This document shows, piece by piece, positions 48,457-59,340 of a DNA stretch of 64,000 nt. The position numbers and the translations under genes are program-made. The stretch lies in assembly GCA_965249575.1 (NCBI GenBank), contig OZ252244.1, positions 1,088,001-1,152,000 on the forward strand, in the 5' to 3' direction. Numbering within the stretch: the stretch's first letter is position 1; every line of letters begins with the position of its first letter. The notes under the pieces were generated by a model. That model made no database searches and was not told where the DNA came from. It was given only the letters and a program-made list of their open reading frames with translations. The stretch is from Gemmatimonadales bacterium (GTDB taxonomy: Bacteria; Gemmatimonadota; Gemmatimonadetes; Gemmatimonadales; GWC2-71-9).

Positions 48457-49353
48457 TCACTGTGAGATGGCGGTGTCGAGGTCGGAGACGATGAGCCACC
48501 GACCGTCCGCCCCGCGACGAAGCGTTAGCACGAACGTGCCCGAGTCTTCGACCGGCAAGGCCTCACCGTATCCGAAGGCCCCGATGATGTATCCCAGATC
48601 GTCTCCAGCCGCCCACTCAACCGCACGGAGTCGGAGCGCACTCGATGAACCCTCGTACTGCTCCCGAATCGCAGTCCGACCTCGGATCCAGGCACCGCGC
48701 CTCGTAACGAGCCCATCTCGGACGAAGAGTCCCGCCAGTGCTTCTTCGTCACCCGAGCGCCAGTGGCGCTCGTAGTCACGCAGCACGCGGTCGAGCTCCG
48801 GGGGGAGATCAACTGATGGTTGAGGATCTGGTACGGCGGGGCGCTGAGACGGATGCGGCCCCAATCGTTGGAACACTTCCACGATGTCACGCTCGCCGCG
48901 CTCGTCCCGCAGCGTTCTCTCAAACACCAGGCGCTTGCCTGAGTGGGAAGCGCGGAGTCGGTCGACGGCTTCGAACTCGCCCCGTGGAGACGTCGATGTC
49001 TGGTTCATGACGAGGACGGCATCCTGCCAAACCGCCGTCATGGTGCGGACTTCATCGATCTGGGTCAGTTCATTCGCGCATTCGCGCCCGTCGGTCGTAC
49101 ACTGGAATGAGAACTCCTCGGAACCGTCAGGATCGCGCACATCAACGACCACATGGATGGACGGATCCTGGTGATCGATGATCCAGATGATCTCGCGATC
49201 GCCAAGCGGGCCGAGGCTGCTCTCCTCAGGATCGAGCCTCCAGACGCCGCTGAAGTCAGGCCGCTCCTGCGCCTGGGCGGCCGAGCCAATGCCCAACATC
49301 ACGGCGGGGGACAGCCACAGGAAGGGAAGAGGAAGCGCAGAAAGGAGCCTCAT
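48457..49353 (-). CDS. Secreted protein with a lipocalin-like N-domain and a SnoaL/DUF4440 C-domain
   Basis: GGAGG RBS; AQAQ signal; PDFSGVWRLD; DEEALAGLF..DG, GRTAIR, G.FVLTLRR..DGRWLI. Confidence 0.75.
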   Translation of the reverse strand: MRLLSALPLPFLWLSPAVMLGIGSAAQAQERPDFSGVWRLDPEESSLGPLGDREIIWIIDHQDPSIHVVVDVRDPDGSEEFSFQCTTDGRECANELTQIDEVRTMTAVWQDAVLVMNQTSTSPRGEFEAVDRLRASHSGKRLVFERTLRDERGERDIVEVFQRLGPHPSQRPAVPDPQPSVDLPPELDRVLRDYERHWRSGDEEALAGLFVRDGLVTRRGAWIRGRTAIREQYEGSSSALRLRAVEWAAGDDLGYIIGAFGYGEALPVEDSGTFVLTLRRGADGRWLIVSDLDTAISQ

Positions 49354-49492
49354 GGTGCCTCCCAGAACTGTGAAGGATCGCGAATGAAGCGGTGTGAGAC
49401 CTCCCCTAGTTTCAGGATACCCCGCGCCCAGGAATCGTCGTGGCTGGGAGGGCGGAGGGTAGGACGCAAGGCTACGAGGACGGGTCGGGACA

Positions 49493-51752
49493 CTAGTTCA
49501 CCTCGAACAGCGACCGCCCGATTGCGACAAACCAAGCCCCATCGATCCACAGGGCTCGCCCGGCAAGGCGACCGATACTCCCAATCTGTTCGGGCGGCGC
49601 CCCGTACGGAGACGTAGCAAGATATCGACCTCCGACACCGTCTACCGTGACGACCAGGGATCCGTCAGGTCCCAACGCGTCGATGCTACTTGTGGTCCCA
49701 AAGAACGTGGCTTGCTTAACCTGACCGGTCGGCGATCGGGTGAGGATCGGCTGGGTAGGCACGTCGTTGTAGTCGATCCATGCAAACCACCCCTCGCGGG
49801 CTAGTACGAACGGAGGCTGGAGCGGATGTGGCCTTGCCCCGCCACTCACGCTGCTGTGTAAGGACTCGGGCTCGAGAGGTCGTATGGGGCCGCTGGAACC
49901 CGGCTCGTTTCCCAACCTCCGGCGACTGAGCACCACCTGACCCGTATCCGTGTGGATCACGACCCACGTGTCTTGTCCACTCAGAGAGAATCCGCGGTAG
50001 AGGACATCGACACCGTCCGTAACCGGCGAACTGTAGCGGGCGGTAGTGTCGGTGAGTTGGCTCGTCACGCCGCTCCGGGATCGAAAGATCTGCCAGCCAG
50101 TGTCGAAGACGATGTCACCATTCGGTGCCAAGTCAAAATTACCGCTAAGGCTCGTCGCCACCGTCGTGTTCGTGCCAGCAGGAATATCGCGAAGAACGAA
50201 GCCGCCCGACCCGGCCCAGACCGCGAAATCGCCCTTCACTACCAGACGATGGCCCACCCCCAAGTCGCTAAGCTGACCAGCCCGCCACTCAAACACGTGC
50301 TCTTGGGCGTCCGGCGCGTTTGCGACGAACATCGCCCCCACCGGCGTCAGGTAGCTCTCATGCAATCCGTGTTCATTGATCGCGACGAAGATCCTGGTGT
50401 CCACGCCCGTGGCGCGATCTCGCAACAGGAGCGTGTCGGGAGCCGGTCGGTCCTCGAAGTGCGCACTCCATTCGTGAAGCATACGACCCACGTCGGCGTC
50501 CGTGATCTCCCCGTACACCGTTGCGACCTCGGCGAGCCGGGTGCTCATCTCTCCATAGACTGGAATACGTCTGACCGAAACCTGCCCGGCATGATCCCAG
50601 CCCTCGAACTGCAGGAAGCCACTATTGTACGGAAGGGTGACGGTGGCGTCCAGCAAGCCCACGCCCTCCGCCAAGACGATGTTCTGTTGTCTGACCGACA
50701 GGCGCTCAGACAGCCACGAGGGTCATCGTCTTGACAGGTCGCTTGCACGCGCAGCGTCGGATTGGCCACAGTGCCCGCGAGCGGCGCGGTGACCTCCACG
50801 TTCGGTGCCTGGTCGTAGACGAACGGCACTTCAACGGTCGCCGAGCTGTCGAATACGTCGGTCGCGGTGACCGCGAGCAGCTTCTCACCCCACGGGAGAC
50901 CTGCGAGAACTAGCCGGGCTCGCCAAGCCGAGGGGAACACATTCGAGAAGAGGACATCGACTTGTCGTCCCTCCACCTCTCCAACCACCCTCGCAATCTG
51001 GCTCACCGAAGTGATCGATGCTTCGATCTCGAGCGTGTCGCCAACGAGTTGTCCCCACTTGGGCTTCTGAACAGAGATCGCGAACTCCGTCGGGATTCTG
51101 GCATGCACCTCGGTCGAGGGATCGCTGTTGTAGATGCCGATGTAACCCACCACGACGAAGTAGTAGGTAGTACCCTTCATCAGGTTGTCCACCCGGAAGG
51201 GTGGTCTGTCGTTCCCCGAGAGCACGGTTTCCTTCACGACCATGATACCGGGTGCGGTATCCCGGTAGACGCGATAGTTCACCCGGGGGACGGTGTCCCA
51301 GGACACTGTGATCTCGTCTCCCCCAGGTCCGAGGCGGGCTACGACGTTGGTCGGTGTTGCTGGGTACCCGAAAGCCCAGAACGTCACCTGCTTGGTGAGT
51401 CCCGATGCCGTCGCGGTTAGGCGATGCCTAGCTATGTCTCCCAACGTCCATTGAGCCGAAGCAACGCCGTTAGGATCCGTTGTGGAGGAGAGCTCTGGGC
51501 TCACCGAGCTGATACCGGACACCACCTGCCAGACCACCGAAACGCCGGCAAGACCGACGCCGTCTGAGTTCATTACACGTACACGCAGGGGTTCCGGGAG
51601 GGGGCGCCGACGACGGACTGCTGACTATCCCCACTGACCGGGACTATGTCTGCCGGTTCGCCGGATTCGTCCGGCGCCGCCGAGTCTTTGCAGCAGACGG
51701 CGGTTACGAGCGCGAGGAGTAGCGCAGAGTTGCGGTCAAGCAACGAGCACAT
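49493..51752 (-). pseudogene. Large surface lipoprotein (Ig-like, FN3, Ig-like, propeller) with frameshifts at ~51600 and ~50705
   Basis: LVTAVCC; SGDSQQSVVG.. / LPEPLRVRV..TDPNGVASAQWTLG; FN3 VSW..Y.VY..TTYYFVV; second half in ORF 49493-50674. Confidence 0.7.
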
Positions 51753-51934
51753 GATGGAAACCTGCCCCGCCTAGCGGGTGCATCTCATCCTGGTACCCCT
51801 CGGGTGAAAGAAGGACACATGCCACGATGAAGTAATCTCCACCCACTGTTGGACAACCTCCAGTCCCGCGTGTTGCGCGCGAGCCGGGCGAGTGGTGGCG
51901 CGAGTCAGCCGCACCCGGAGCGCCACACACTCTC

Positions 51935-52204
51935 TCACGGGGACCGGCCAGCCAGGCTCATCCGGACCGCCTCTAGGCAGCGGAGCCGCATCTCGGCGGT
52001 GATCTCGGCGTTTGCATCCATCAACGGTTTCAGAACTGGGAGGAGTGCTCTTGCCAGGCTGACGCGTTCCGTCGGGCTCAGCTCCGGCCAATGGACCTCG
52101 AGGAGCTTCAACACGCGGTCGATCGCCCCCCCGTCCGGGATGCTGCGAAACTCGTCGGACAAGCGCCGGGCAATGATGCGATCCCGATCGGACAAGGGAA
52201 TCAT
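51935..52204 (-). CDS. Unknown ~90-aa helical protein, paralog 2
   Basis: MIPLSDRDRIIARRLSDEF...; similar to paralogs 1 and 3. Confidence 0.75.
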   Translation of the reverse strand: MIPLSDRDRIIARRLSDEFRSIPDGGAIDRVLKLLEVHWPELSPTERVSLARALLPVLKPLMDANAEITAEMRLRCLEAVRMSLAGRSP

Positions 52205-52241
52205 ATCACCTAACACTGCGGGCGCAGGAGCTCGCTGAGTA

Positions 52242-52279
52242 GTGCGCTTTCGGGACATTGACCGGCCCAGGTGGGACAC
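52242..52279 (-). promoter_or_regulatory. TGTCCC direct-repeat box (21-bp period)
   Basis: TGTCCCA-N14-TGTCCCGAAAGCGC, 48 bp upstream of paralog 2. Confidence 0.6.
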
Positions 52280-52484
52280 AGGGCTTGGTGAGACAACTTG
52301 ACCGTACTGCAGACATGCAGCCTGGACGTACGGTCCGCAAGGCGATCGGCGGGAAGCCAGAAACCGTACTGAGAGAGCCGCGGCCTAACGGCGCAGGAGG
52401 CCGATGGTGAGCAAGAGGAGGTGAGCGGTAGCGGGGAGATTCGGGCCCGCATCGAAGACCTGAAGATGCCAGTCCACGTTGGCC

Positions 52485-52522
52485 TGGGGGAGTCCCCCAC
52501 CCTCATATAGGGGATTCCCCTA
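52485..52522. promoter_or_regulatory. Tandem 15-bp palindromes
   Basis: TGGGGGAGTCCCCCA and TAGGGGATTCCCCTA, starts 23 bp apart. Confidence 0.65.
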
Positions 52523-52568
52523 GGGCTCGGCCTGCCCAGGCCTCTACCGCCGCGCCCCCCCGCAAAAC

Positions 52569-52605
52569 TGTCCCATCCGCGACTGTTGATGTCCCAAGAC
52601 CGCAC
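52569..52605 (+). promoter_or_regulatory. TGTCCC direct-repeat box (21-bp period)
   Basis: TGTCCCATCCGCG-N8-TGTCCCAAGACCGC. Confidence 0.6.
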
Positions 52606-52676
52606 TTTCCCCGTGGTGGACCATGGGTACTATCAGATTGGAGCTTGGCCCGAACACTGAATCGAGGTTTGAGACC

Positions 52677-53726
52677 ATGCGAACCCTCCCCGGAAGGTCT
52701 CAAGAGCCCGCACGGCGGCGACGGACCCTGACCCATTGGGCGTGCCCCGCCCTCTTGGGAACCGTCCTCACCGCATGCGCCCCCGGGGATTCGGCGGAGC
52801 CATCCGCCGAGATCCGCACTGGCCTACAGGCAGCCGTTGTGGGCAGCGCGGCACAGGCCCTCGGCGACGATGGGCTCTTCGCCTACTCCCCTACACCGCT
52901 TGCAGCAGACGAGCTGACCCTAGAGGAGGCGCGCAGAATCGCGGTGTTGCACATACGGGATTTCGCGCGGTTCCTCCGCGAGACGCTGGAGGAGGACCGG
53001 GGCGGGCCGATCGACACCGAGTCGCTCGAACTCTGTGGCCGCGGCTATTACGCCGAGAGCCCGTACGAGCCCATCCCTGACGACGTCCCAGGCCTGACGG
53101 CACCGCTCCGCCGCGTGTACGGATCGTGGTGGATCTTTGGGGTCTGCGGACCAGACGGCGAGCTGCTGGTGAGTCAGGCGGTCTCGTCGCGCACCAGCTA
53201 CCGAGAGGTGGACGGGCGTCTACGTCCTCAGCCCGGTATCGTCGCTGGCAACGACTTCTTCACGGTCGGCGTGCCGCGTGGGTGGGACAGCCCCGTCGGT
53301 CTGTCGCCTGAGCGCGCCGCGCTCCGGGCCGCCGAGCAGACCGGGCGCTCCGTCACCGGCATGCCGCGCTTGGTCGCAAGTGACCTCCAACAGGGTTACC
53401 CGCAGTCCGCTTTGTGGGAGATCGAGCTCAATCAGGTCGCGCGACTGCGCGAGGCGGTCAGCGGTGAGGTGCGCCACACCCAAAAGATGTATCTCGGTCT
53501 GAAGAGTGATCTCCGAACGGAGGACCCACCGGATGGGGTGCTCCGGGTGGCGCGCCCCGGCCAGCAGGACGAAATCGTCGTCCGCTACCCGATTCTCAAG
53601 CCTCGGGAACTCCAGCGACCCGGGGAGTCGCCGGTGTCCGGCAGCGGACTCGTTACGGTGCGACGGCGCGCGGATCTTCCGGTTCTGTTTGATCGTGCCG
53701 TCCCAGAGGGAGGAGCTGTTCGATGA
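52677..53726 (+). CDS. Hypothetical lipoprotein
   Basis: LTAC lipobox; long coherent ORF. Confidence 0.7.
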   Translation: MRTLPGRSQEPARRRRTLTHWACPALLGTVLTACAPGDSAEPSAEIRTGLQAAVVGSAAQALGDDGLFAYSPTPLAADELTLEEARRIAVLHIRDFARFLRETLEEDRGGPIDTESLELCGRGYYAESPYEPIPDDVPGLTAPLRRVYGSWWIFGVCGPDGELLVSQAVSSRTSYREVDGRLRPQPGIVAGNDFFTVGVPRGWDSPVGLSPERAALRAAEQTGRSVTGMPRLVASDLQQGYPQSALWEIELNQVARLREAVSGEVRHTQKMYLGLKSDLRTEDPPDGVLRVARPGQQDEIVVRYPILKPRELQRPGESPVSGSGLVTVRRRADLPVLFDRAVPEGGAVR

Positions 53727-54580
53727 CGTTACGCGCGCGGTTCCAACCCGTTTCGGTCGTGGCGGTGCTGAGCCTTGTGGCCTGTGTGGGGTCCCCGGAC
53801 CCCACTACCGGATGCTACATCGAGAGCGCCAACGCCGAATGGCAAAACGCCGTTATCCAGGCCAGTGTCACACAGCCGAACATGTGCCCCTTCCTGATTC
53901 CGTCGGGGACCACGATGAACCAGCAGTTCGCCGGGACGATTCGTGGGGAACCGGGCTGGATCACCACGTCCTTCGAGGGGCTACCGGTCGTGGAGTGGTC
54001 AATCGCATACACGAGAGTGTTCAACAACGCGCTCGAAGTGGTGAGTGCAGGGGGGGCAGCGATCCAGAATAACTTCGCGTTTGGGACGGCGACCCTGCCC
54101 CGGGCGGAGATCAGCGTCGACTACACGGCCGGTACGTCACCATATGGGTTCCCACCGGGCGTCCCTCGGCATGACCTCGGACACGTGAAGATCCACCAGG
54201 ACTCGTATTTCCCAACCCAGATCGCCGAGGGCGCCGCCCGCCTCACCTACACAACCAATCCCCAGGTGTCTATTGCCGCTCCATCCTCCGGCTGGCCATA
54301 TACGCCAGTCAACCTCTCTGTCACCGTCAATAACGCCGCTAACCCGATTAGCTACTCGTGGTACATCAACGGCCAATACGCCGGCTGGACGACTCCCAAC
54401 GTGAGCTTCTCGGGCGCCGTGGGGACCTGGACGCTGCGTGCGGACGCATCAGACGCGGACGGAGATGTCGGGTCCGCCACCCACATCCTGTACATCCTCG
54501 ACCCCGGGTGCGCACCACCCAAGGACGGGATCGAGCCAGATTCCACCGCGGGCGACCCGGCGTACATCCCGACCTGCTGA
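53723..54580 (+). CDS. Hypothetical lipoprotein with a C-terminal PKD/Ig-like domain
   Basis: LVAC; PISYSWYING..GTWTL; GGAGGAG RBS; ATGA overlap. Confidence 0.7.
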   Translation: MTLRARFQPVSVVAVLSLVACVGSPDPTTGCYIESANAEWQNAVIQASVTQPNMCPFLIPSGTTMNQQFAGTIRGEPGWITTSFEGLPVVEWSIAYTRVFNNALEVVSAGGAAIQNNFAFGTATLPRAEISVDYTAGTSPYGFPPGVPRHDLGHVKIHQDSYFPTQIAEGAARLTYTTNPQVSIAAPSSGWPYTPVNLSVTVNNAANPISYSWYINGQYAGWTTPNVSFSGAVGTWTLRADASDADGDVGSATHILYILDPGCAPPKDGIEPDSTAGDPAYIPTC

Positions 54581-54701
54581 GGCGACCCGACCAATCGGCG
54601 TATCGTATCTCAGCTGAGCGCCGCGCTGGCGCTTACATTGTCAAGGCGACCCCCCCGTGCGATCCTCGGGAGCCGCTGGCTCTCCCCTTACTTGTCGTTC
54701 C

Positions 54702-55172
54702 TCAACGTCTTCTCACGCTATCGCCGCGATCACTGGGGTGACGTGGCAATAGCGGCCACCCGATACACGCCCAGAACTCGTGATACCGCGGAACGCTGCC
54801 GTCCATCGGCCCGTTCGTCCACACGTGGGTGGGATCCCGTCGCAACACGCTGAAGCTATACCGGGCGCGCGACGTGTCGGGGGCCAGCGGTACTCCGTAG
54901 GCTCGGAAATGCCATGCGCTATCTCCCGGCTGGGGCTCGACGCGTCGCACCTCTGGCAACACGGTGTCACGGCCTGTGAGCTCGGCGGGCCACAGCCGGG
55001 CGGCACAGAGTCCATTGTGGGCCGAGCCGCTCCCGGCAAGCCGGGCGAGAGCCGCGGAATCTGCGTGCTGGAGCGCGCGGACCCATGCCCGCGCCGTCAT
55101 CCACGCCCGGTACTCGGCGGTGCAGGCACCGGTGAGCACCAGCATGGGGATGATTGCGACGAGGTTCCGCAT
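54702..55172 (-). CDS. Hypothetical lipoprotein
   Basis: MRNLVAIIPMLVLTGAC. Confidence 0.6.
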   Translation of the reverse strand: MRNLVAIIPMLVLTGACTAEYRAWMTARAWVRALQHADSAALARLAGSGSAHNGLCAARLWPAELTGRDTVLPEVRRVEPQPGDSAWHFRAYGVPLAPDTSRARYSFSVLRRDPTHVWTNGPMDGSVPRYHEFWACIGWPLLPRHPSDRGDSVRRR

Positions 55173-55241
55173 GGCATGCTCGGTCGCCCGACCCGGCGCG
55201 CTCGCTCTCCTACGGGTGATGAACGGCGGCTCCTCAATAGG

Positions 55242-55541
55242 TCAGTACTCTCGCGCTCTCAGTACCACGAGTGCCTGGGTGCACCACAAGAGCCCGCGTT
55301 CCTTCAAACGCGCGTGGGTTGACTGCTCGCTGTACCGACGGCGACCGGGAGAATCTGCGATTCGCGAGCGTAGAAGCTCCCGGGCGGTCGAAGGCAGCTC
55401 AGACGCGGCCAGCGCGAGGCTCTGGCGTACCATTTCCTTCGCGGCGATGTGACAAGGCAGAACGGTCCCATACGAGACGAGCGCCCAACTGGGCGGGATC
55501 AGCGCGATAACGGTGATCGCAATGAGGACGGCACGCTTCAC
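55242..55541 (-). CDS. Small membrane-anchored hypothetical protein
   Basis: GAGG upstream; hydrophobic N-terminus; YGT..PC. Confidence 0.5.
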   Translation of the reverse strand: MKRAVLIAITVIALIPPSWALVSYGTVLPCHIAAKEMVRQSLALAASELPSTARELLRSRIADSPGRRRYSEQSTHARLKERGLLWCTQALVVLRAREY

Positions 55542-55611
55542 AGTGACCAACCTCGGTCGTCCATTACTGAAGGCTCGTTGGAAGATACTCCTGCACCCCG
55601 TTAACTGCCCG

Positions 55612-56304
55612 TTAATGAGCGAGCAGCCTGGCGGCAGGCCGAGAGGCCACCGAGGGGCGTCTGCCAGCGGTTTGATCGGTAGCCTCACTTCGCTCAGACA
55701 GGTAGTGGTGCCACAGGATTCTTGCCGCCACGGACCGCCACGGTCTCCATCTGCTCGCGATGCGCCGGAGTCGCTCGGGGGTTGGCCGTGTTCGCAGTCG
55801 CTTCACACCCCGAACGGCATTCGCCAACGCCAGATCTCCGTCGGGCCACACGTCCGCTCGTCGCAGGGCCATGAGCAGGTAGATATCCGCGGTACAGGGA
55901 CCAATTCCCCGCATTTCCAGTAGCGCAGCCCTTACGTCATCGTCATCCGCGCGGGAAACCTTCCGCAGGTTCAATCCTCCCGCTTCAATGCGCCGAGCCA
56001 GATCGAGACAGTACCCTGCCTTTTGACCGGTGAACCCCAGCCGCCGGATCTCTGCCAGCGACCGTCGAGCGACCGTCTCGGGGATTATGCGCCCGACAGC
56101 ATCCTGTAATCGGCGGAAGGTCGACTCCGCAGAAGCCAGAGAAACCTGTTGCTCGAGGATGATACGAAGCAGCGTCGCAAAAGTTGGTCGTCGCGCCCAC
56201 AGTAGGGGCGGGCCGAACTTCTGCACCACTCGGCGCAAGTCGGTGTCCCGGGAACACAGCTCATCCACCGCCTTGCGCAACGTCTTGCGGGAGACCAGGC
56301 GCAC
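55612..56304 (-). CDS. AlkA-family (HhH-GPD) DNA-3-methyladenine glycosylase
   Basis: F.TLLRIILEQQVS.ASA, GIGPCTADIYL, DVWPDGDL, WRPWRS.A; start approximate. Confidence 0.88.
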   Translation of the reverse strand: MRLVSRKTLRKAVDELCSRDTDLRRVVQKFGPPLLWARRPTFATLLRIILEQQVSLASAESTFRRLQDAVGRIIPETVARRSLAEIRRLGFTGQKAGYCLDLARRIEAGGLNLRKVSRADDDDVRAALLEMRGIGPCTADIYLLMALRRADVWPDGDLALANAVRGVKRLRTRPTPERLRRIASRWRPWRSVAARILWHHYLSERSEATDQTAGRRPSVASRPAARLLAH

Positions 56305-56549
56305 CGACGGCGGGTCAGCGCCTACGACCGGTCTTTTCGGTATACCGTGCAAGACGCTGCCCGACCCCAGGTGAATCAGGCCTGCCGGGTGTGTGCCATG
56401 GATCGTTGGACAGGCACGGGACAACACGCGCCAGCGGCCGCTCGTCCGACTTCGGGATGTTGGGCTCCGCCATGGCCGTCACCTCTGTCGGCACTACGTC
56501 CAAGATGGCAGTTTTGGAGGTCCCCCGCCGAACATCGGAGATACCTCGT

Positions 56550-56987
56550 ATGAAGTGGTCAACATCCCTCCTCGTGGTCCTGCTCTGGGTGAGTGTTCCG
56601 TCGATCACGACCGGGCAGGCGGTGACGGATCTCAACTCGCCGTACCGAACGCTGACGGGTGACATGGCAGCCATCACACTGTCTGAGCTGATTAAGCTGC
56701 GAACGGATTTCAAGGATCCGACGCTCGTTACCTTTGAGCCAGCGGACACACTGATCGACGTAGAGATCTATGGCAACCCAGGCTACGGGAGCAAGACCGA
56801 CCGCGCACGGGAGGTGGTAGGTATGTACTGGGACTTCATTCAGGCGGCCCACATCCCGTACATGGAGCGGCGATTCGGCATCCAGCTGTCAGAGCTGCAG
56901 TATCGGATCATCTATTACGATCGGAATGCTGATCCTGAGGAGCAATTGCTCTTGCAGTTCGTCCAGGGTCACTATCTGCTGCAGTAA
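56550..56987 (+). CDS. Secreted hypothetical protein
   Basis: GGAG RBS; signal peptide MKWSTSLLVVLLWV. Confidence 0.7.
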   Translation: MKWSTSLLVVLLWVSVPSITTGQAVTDLNSPYRTLTGDMAAITLSELIKLRTDFKDPTLVTFEPADTLIDVEIYGNPGYGSKTDRAREVVGMYWDFIQAAHIPYMERRFGIQLSELQYRIIYYDRNADPEEQLLLQFVQGHYLLQ

Positions 56988-57227
56988 GCACTCCGTGCTG
57001 AAGTCATCCAGTTCGCCGAACCAGAGCCAACACCGGTGGAGCGGTTCTCCACCCACCCTGCACGAACTGGCCGCGCGATCGACTGAGATCGCCCGCCCTT
57101 GGGCGTCGCCGCGCTCTGCGGAATGAACGCTGCTCGCGGCGGCGGCGCACCACACCGATACGATAGAGCTCCTGCGGACCGATTGCAGGGCGCTTAGGGT
57201 CGGGCACCACACCTGAGGTGAGATACA

Positions 57228-58166
57228 TTGCAGTTTCAGTTGACGGCCGCAGTCATCTCGGACAACACGCTCATCGGTCCCTTCGGTTGCAAAGATGGCG
57301 ATCTTGTGTGCGAGTTCCTCGGCGATCCCGGACAGCCAATCTCCGAGATCGTTGTTCGCAAGAAGGTCCGCGATTACCGAGCTCTTTTGCCGTCCATCGA
57401 TACCAACGGCCAGCTTCCGCACGTGCGTGTTCCGGCGAATCCAGTAAGTGATGAGCTGATTGCGGTGCTCCAGCATTTCGAATCAATCGGGTCGTTTTGG
57501 TGCGGTATTGAGCGGATCGCCTGGCACGATTGCGAGTCGACTTGGGTCCCGGAAACAGCGGCCGAAGGCGAAGAGCTCAGTCTGCTCTCATTTGGCGCCC
57601 TCCGCCGCGTTTATCCGCCACTGCGAGATACCGTTCTCCCGGGCCTCGTTGAAGAGATCATCCGTTTCCGAGGATCATTCAAGCGACTCGTGCTGCCGTT
57701 TTCCTTCTACCGGGAAGGAATGAACGAGTATCGTCAGCACCGGTACATCAACGCGTTCTACAACTTCTATTTCTTCCTAGAGGATCTGTACGGGGAGGGC
57801 CATACCAAGAATCGCAAGGTTCTACAATCGTTCTTGGGTTCCGAGGAGTTGGCTACCGCCGTGCGAACGGCGTTGGAGAAGTTTGCTCAACCGGAGATGG
57901 CAGAGCAGAATGCCGGATTGGCCTTTCATCTTGAAAATGAGAACTGTGACCGGACCGTGGAAGGAGCATTGCGGCTGTTGGTCAACGTTCGTGGCACCTT
58001 ACACCATTTTTCGCAGCACAGTTCGAAGTTCAAGGGTCACCCCCTAAACCACGAGGCGTTCAGAAGTGTAGCTTTTCTGACCATGGCGACGGCCATTGCA
58101 TGTGCAACCGTGGTCATCACGCGTCGGCACCAAAGCGCCCGAGATGCTCGCGGAGCAGGTCTCTGA
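57228..58166 (+). CDS. HEPN-like (ApeA/MauJ-type) protein
   Basis: AFYNFYFFLE and RGTLHH (Rx4H); lower GC than its flanks. Confidence 0.55.
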   Translation: MQFQLTAAVISDNTLIGPFGCKDGDLVCEFLGDPGQPISEIVVRKKVRDYRALLPSIDTNGQLPHVRVPANPVSDELIAVLQHFESIGSFWCGIERIAWHDCESTWVPETAAEGEELSLLSFGALRRVYPPLRDTVLPGLVEEIIRFRGSFKRLVLPFSFYREGMNEYRQHRYINAFYNFYFFLEDLYGEGHTKNRKVLQSFLGSEELATAVRTALEKFAQPEMAEQNAGLAFHLENENCDRTVEGALRLLVNVRGTLHHFSQHSSKFKGHPLNHEAFRSVAFLTMATAIACATVVITRRHQSARDARGAGL

Positions 58167-58476
58167 GCAGCGGCGCTTCCTCGGCATCGCGTTCGACGGC
58201 TTCGAGAAGTCCATCATGCCGCCGCTCGTGCTCGAGCTTGTGATGGTGGCGATCCTCGTCGCTGCTCATATACAGCTTGGGGCCGCCTGAGCGGGAGACG
58301 GCGTCATCGATCTTCTTCGAAAGCGGCGGCTCAGAGGCAGACCGATGAACGTCGTGGGAGGGGCATCAGCAGAACATCAGCCCGCTGTGACCTGAGCGTT
58401 TAGCGCAAACCGTTGTGTGCGGAAAGTCTCTCGGTGGCAAAGAGAATCTAGGGCTCTGAGTTCAAGGAGACCATCC

Positions 58477-59340
58477 ATGAGTCAACGTACTGTCCTCGTC
58501 ACTGGTGCCACAGGAAAACAAGGCGGAGCCGTGGCGCGCGCCCTTCTCAAGGCCGGCCACGCCGTTCGAGGCCTGACTAGAAACCCTGCTTCGGAAGCAG
58601 CGCGTACCTTTGCGGATCGCGGGGGGGCGCTCGTCAAGGGCGACTTCTCTGACCCCGATTCGATCCGCGCCGCGGTCGCTGGAGGGGACACCGTCTTCGC
58701 GATGAGCACGCCGTTCGAGGCTGGCGTGGAGGCGGAGACGGCGCAAGGCATTGCGCTGGTCGACGCTGCCGTAGAAGCAGGCATCAGTCACTTCGTCTAC
58801 ACCTCAGTGGCATCCGCGGATCAAAACACAGGGATCCCGCACTTCGACAGCAAGTTCGCCGTGGAGCAACACCTGGCGTCCACCGACTTGTCCTGGAGTG
58901 TAATCGCGCCCGTGTACTTCATGGAGAACTTGTTCCTCCCTCAAACCATGGAGGGGCTAAACAACGGCGTCTACGCGGTACCCATGCCTCCGGACGTCCC
59001 GCTGCAACAAGTGGCCGTCGAAGACATCGGCAGCTTCGGCGCTTACGTCGTGTCAAACCGGGATGCTTTCCTGGGGCAACGCATCGACATTGCTGGCGAT
59101 GAGCTCACCGGGGGCGAAACAGCGGAGCTGCTGAGCCAGGTGATGGGTCGAAGCGTCAGCTTCGCCCAGGTGCCTATGGAGCAGATCCGAGCCTTCATGG
59201 AGGACCTTACACTGATGTACGAGTGGTTCATCTCGACGGGCTACTCGGCAGATGTTGCAGGATTGCGCGAGGCATACCCGGAAGTTGGTTGGCACAGGTT
59301 TGCCGAATGGGCTGAGACTGCTGTCAACGCGCAAGCATAG
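58477..59340 (+). CDS. NmrA/HSCARG family NAD(P)-binding protein
   Basis: VTGATGKQGG, HFVYTSV, IPHFDSK, FMEN, EDIG; AAGGAG RBS. Confidence 0.92.
   Translation: MSQRTVLVTGATGKQGGAVARALLKAGHAVRGLTRNPASEAARTFADRGGALVKGDFSDPDSIRAAVAGGDTVFAMSTPFEAGVEAETAQGIALVDAAVEAGISHFVYTSVASADQNTGIPHFDSKFAVEQHLASTDLSWSVIAPVYFMENLFLPQTMEGLNNGVYAVPMPPDVPLQQVAVEDIGSFGAYVVSNRDAFLGQRIDIAGDELTGGETAELLSQVMGRSVSFAQVPMEQIRAFMEDLTLMYEWFISTGYSADVAGLREAYPEVGWHRFAEWAETAVNAQA

Noticed and set aside
55590..58420. Integron attC-like sequences (~55600-55690, ~56420-56466, ~58390-58415)
   Set aside because: Only partial GTT/AAC cores and weak pairing; mixed gene orientation; no integron integrase in the window
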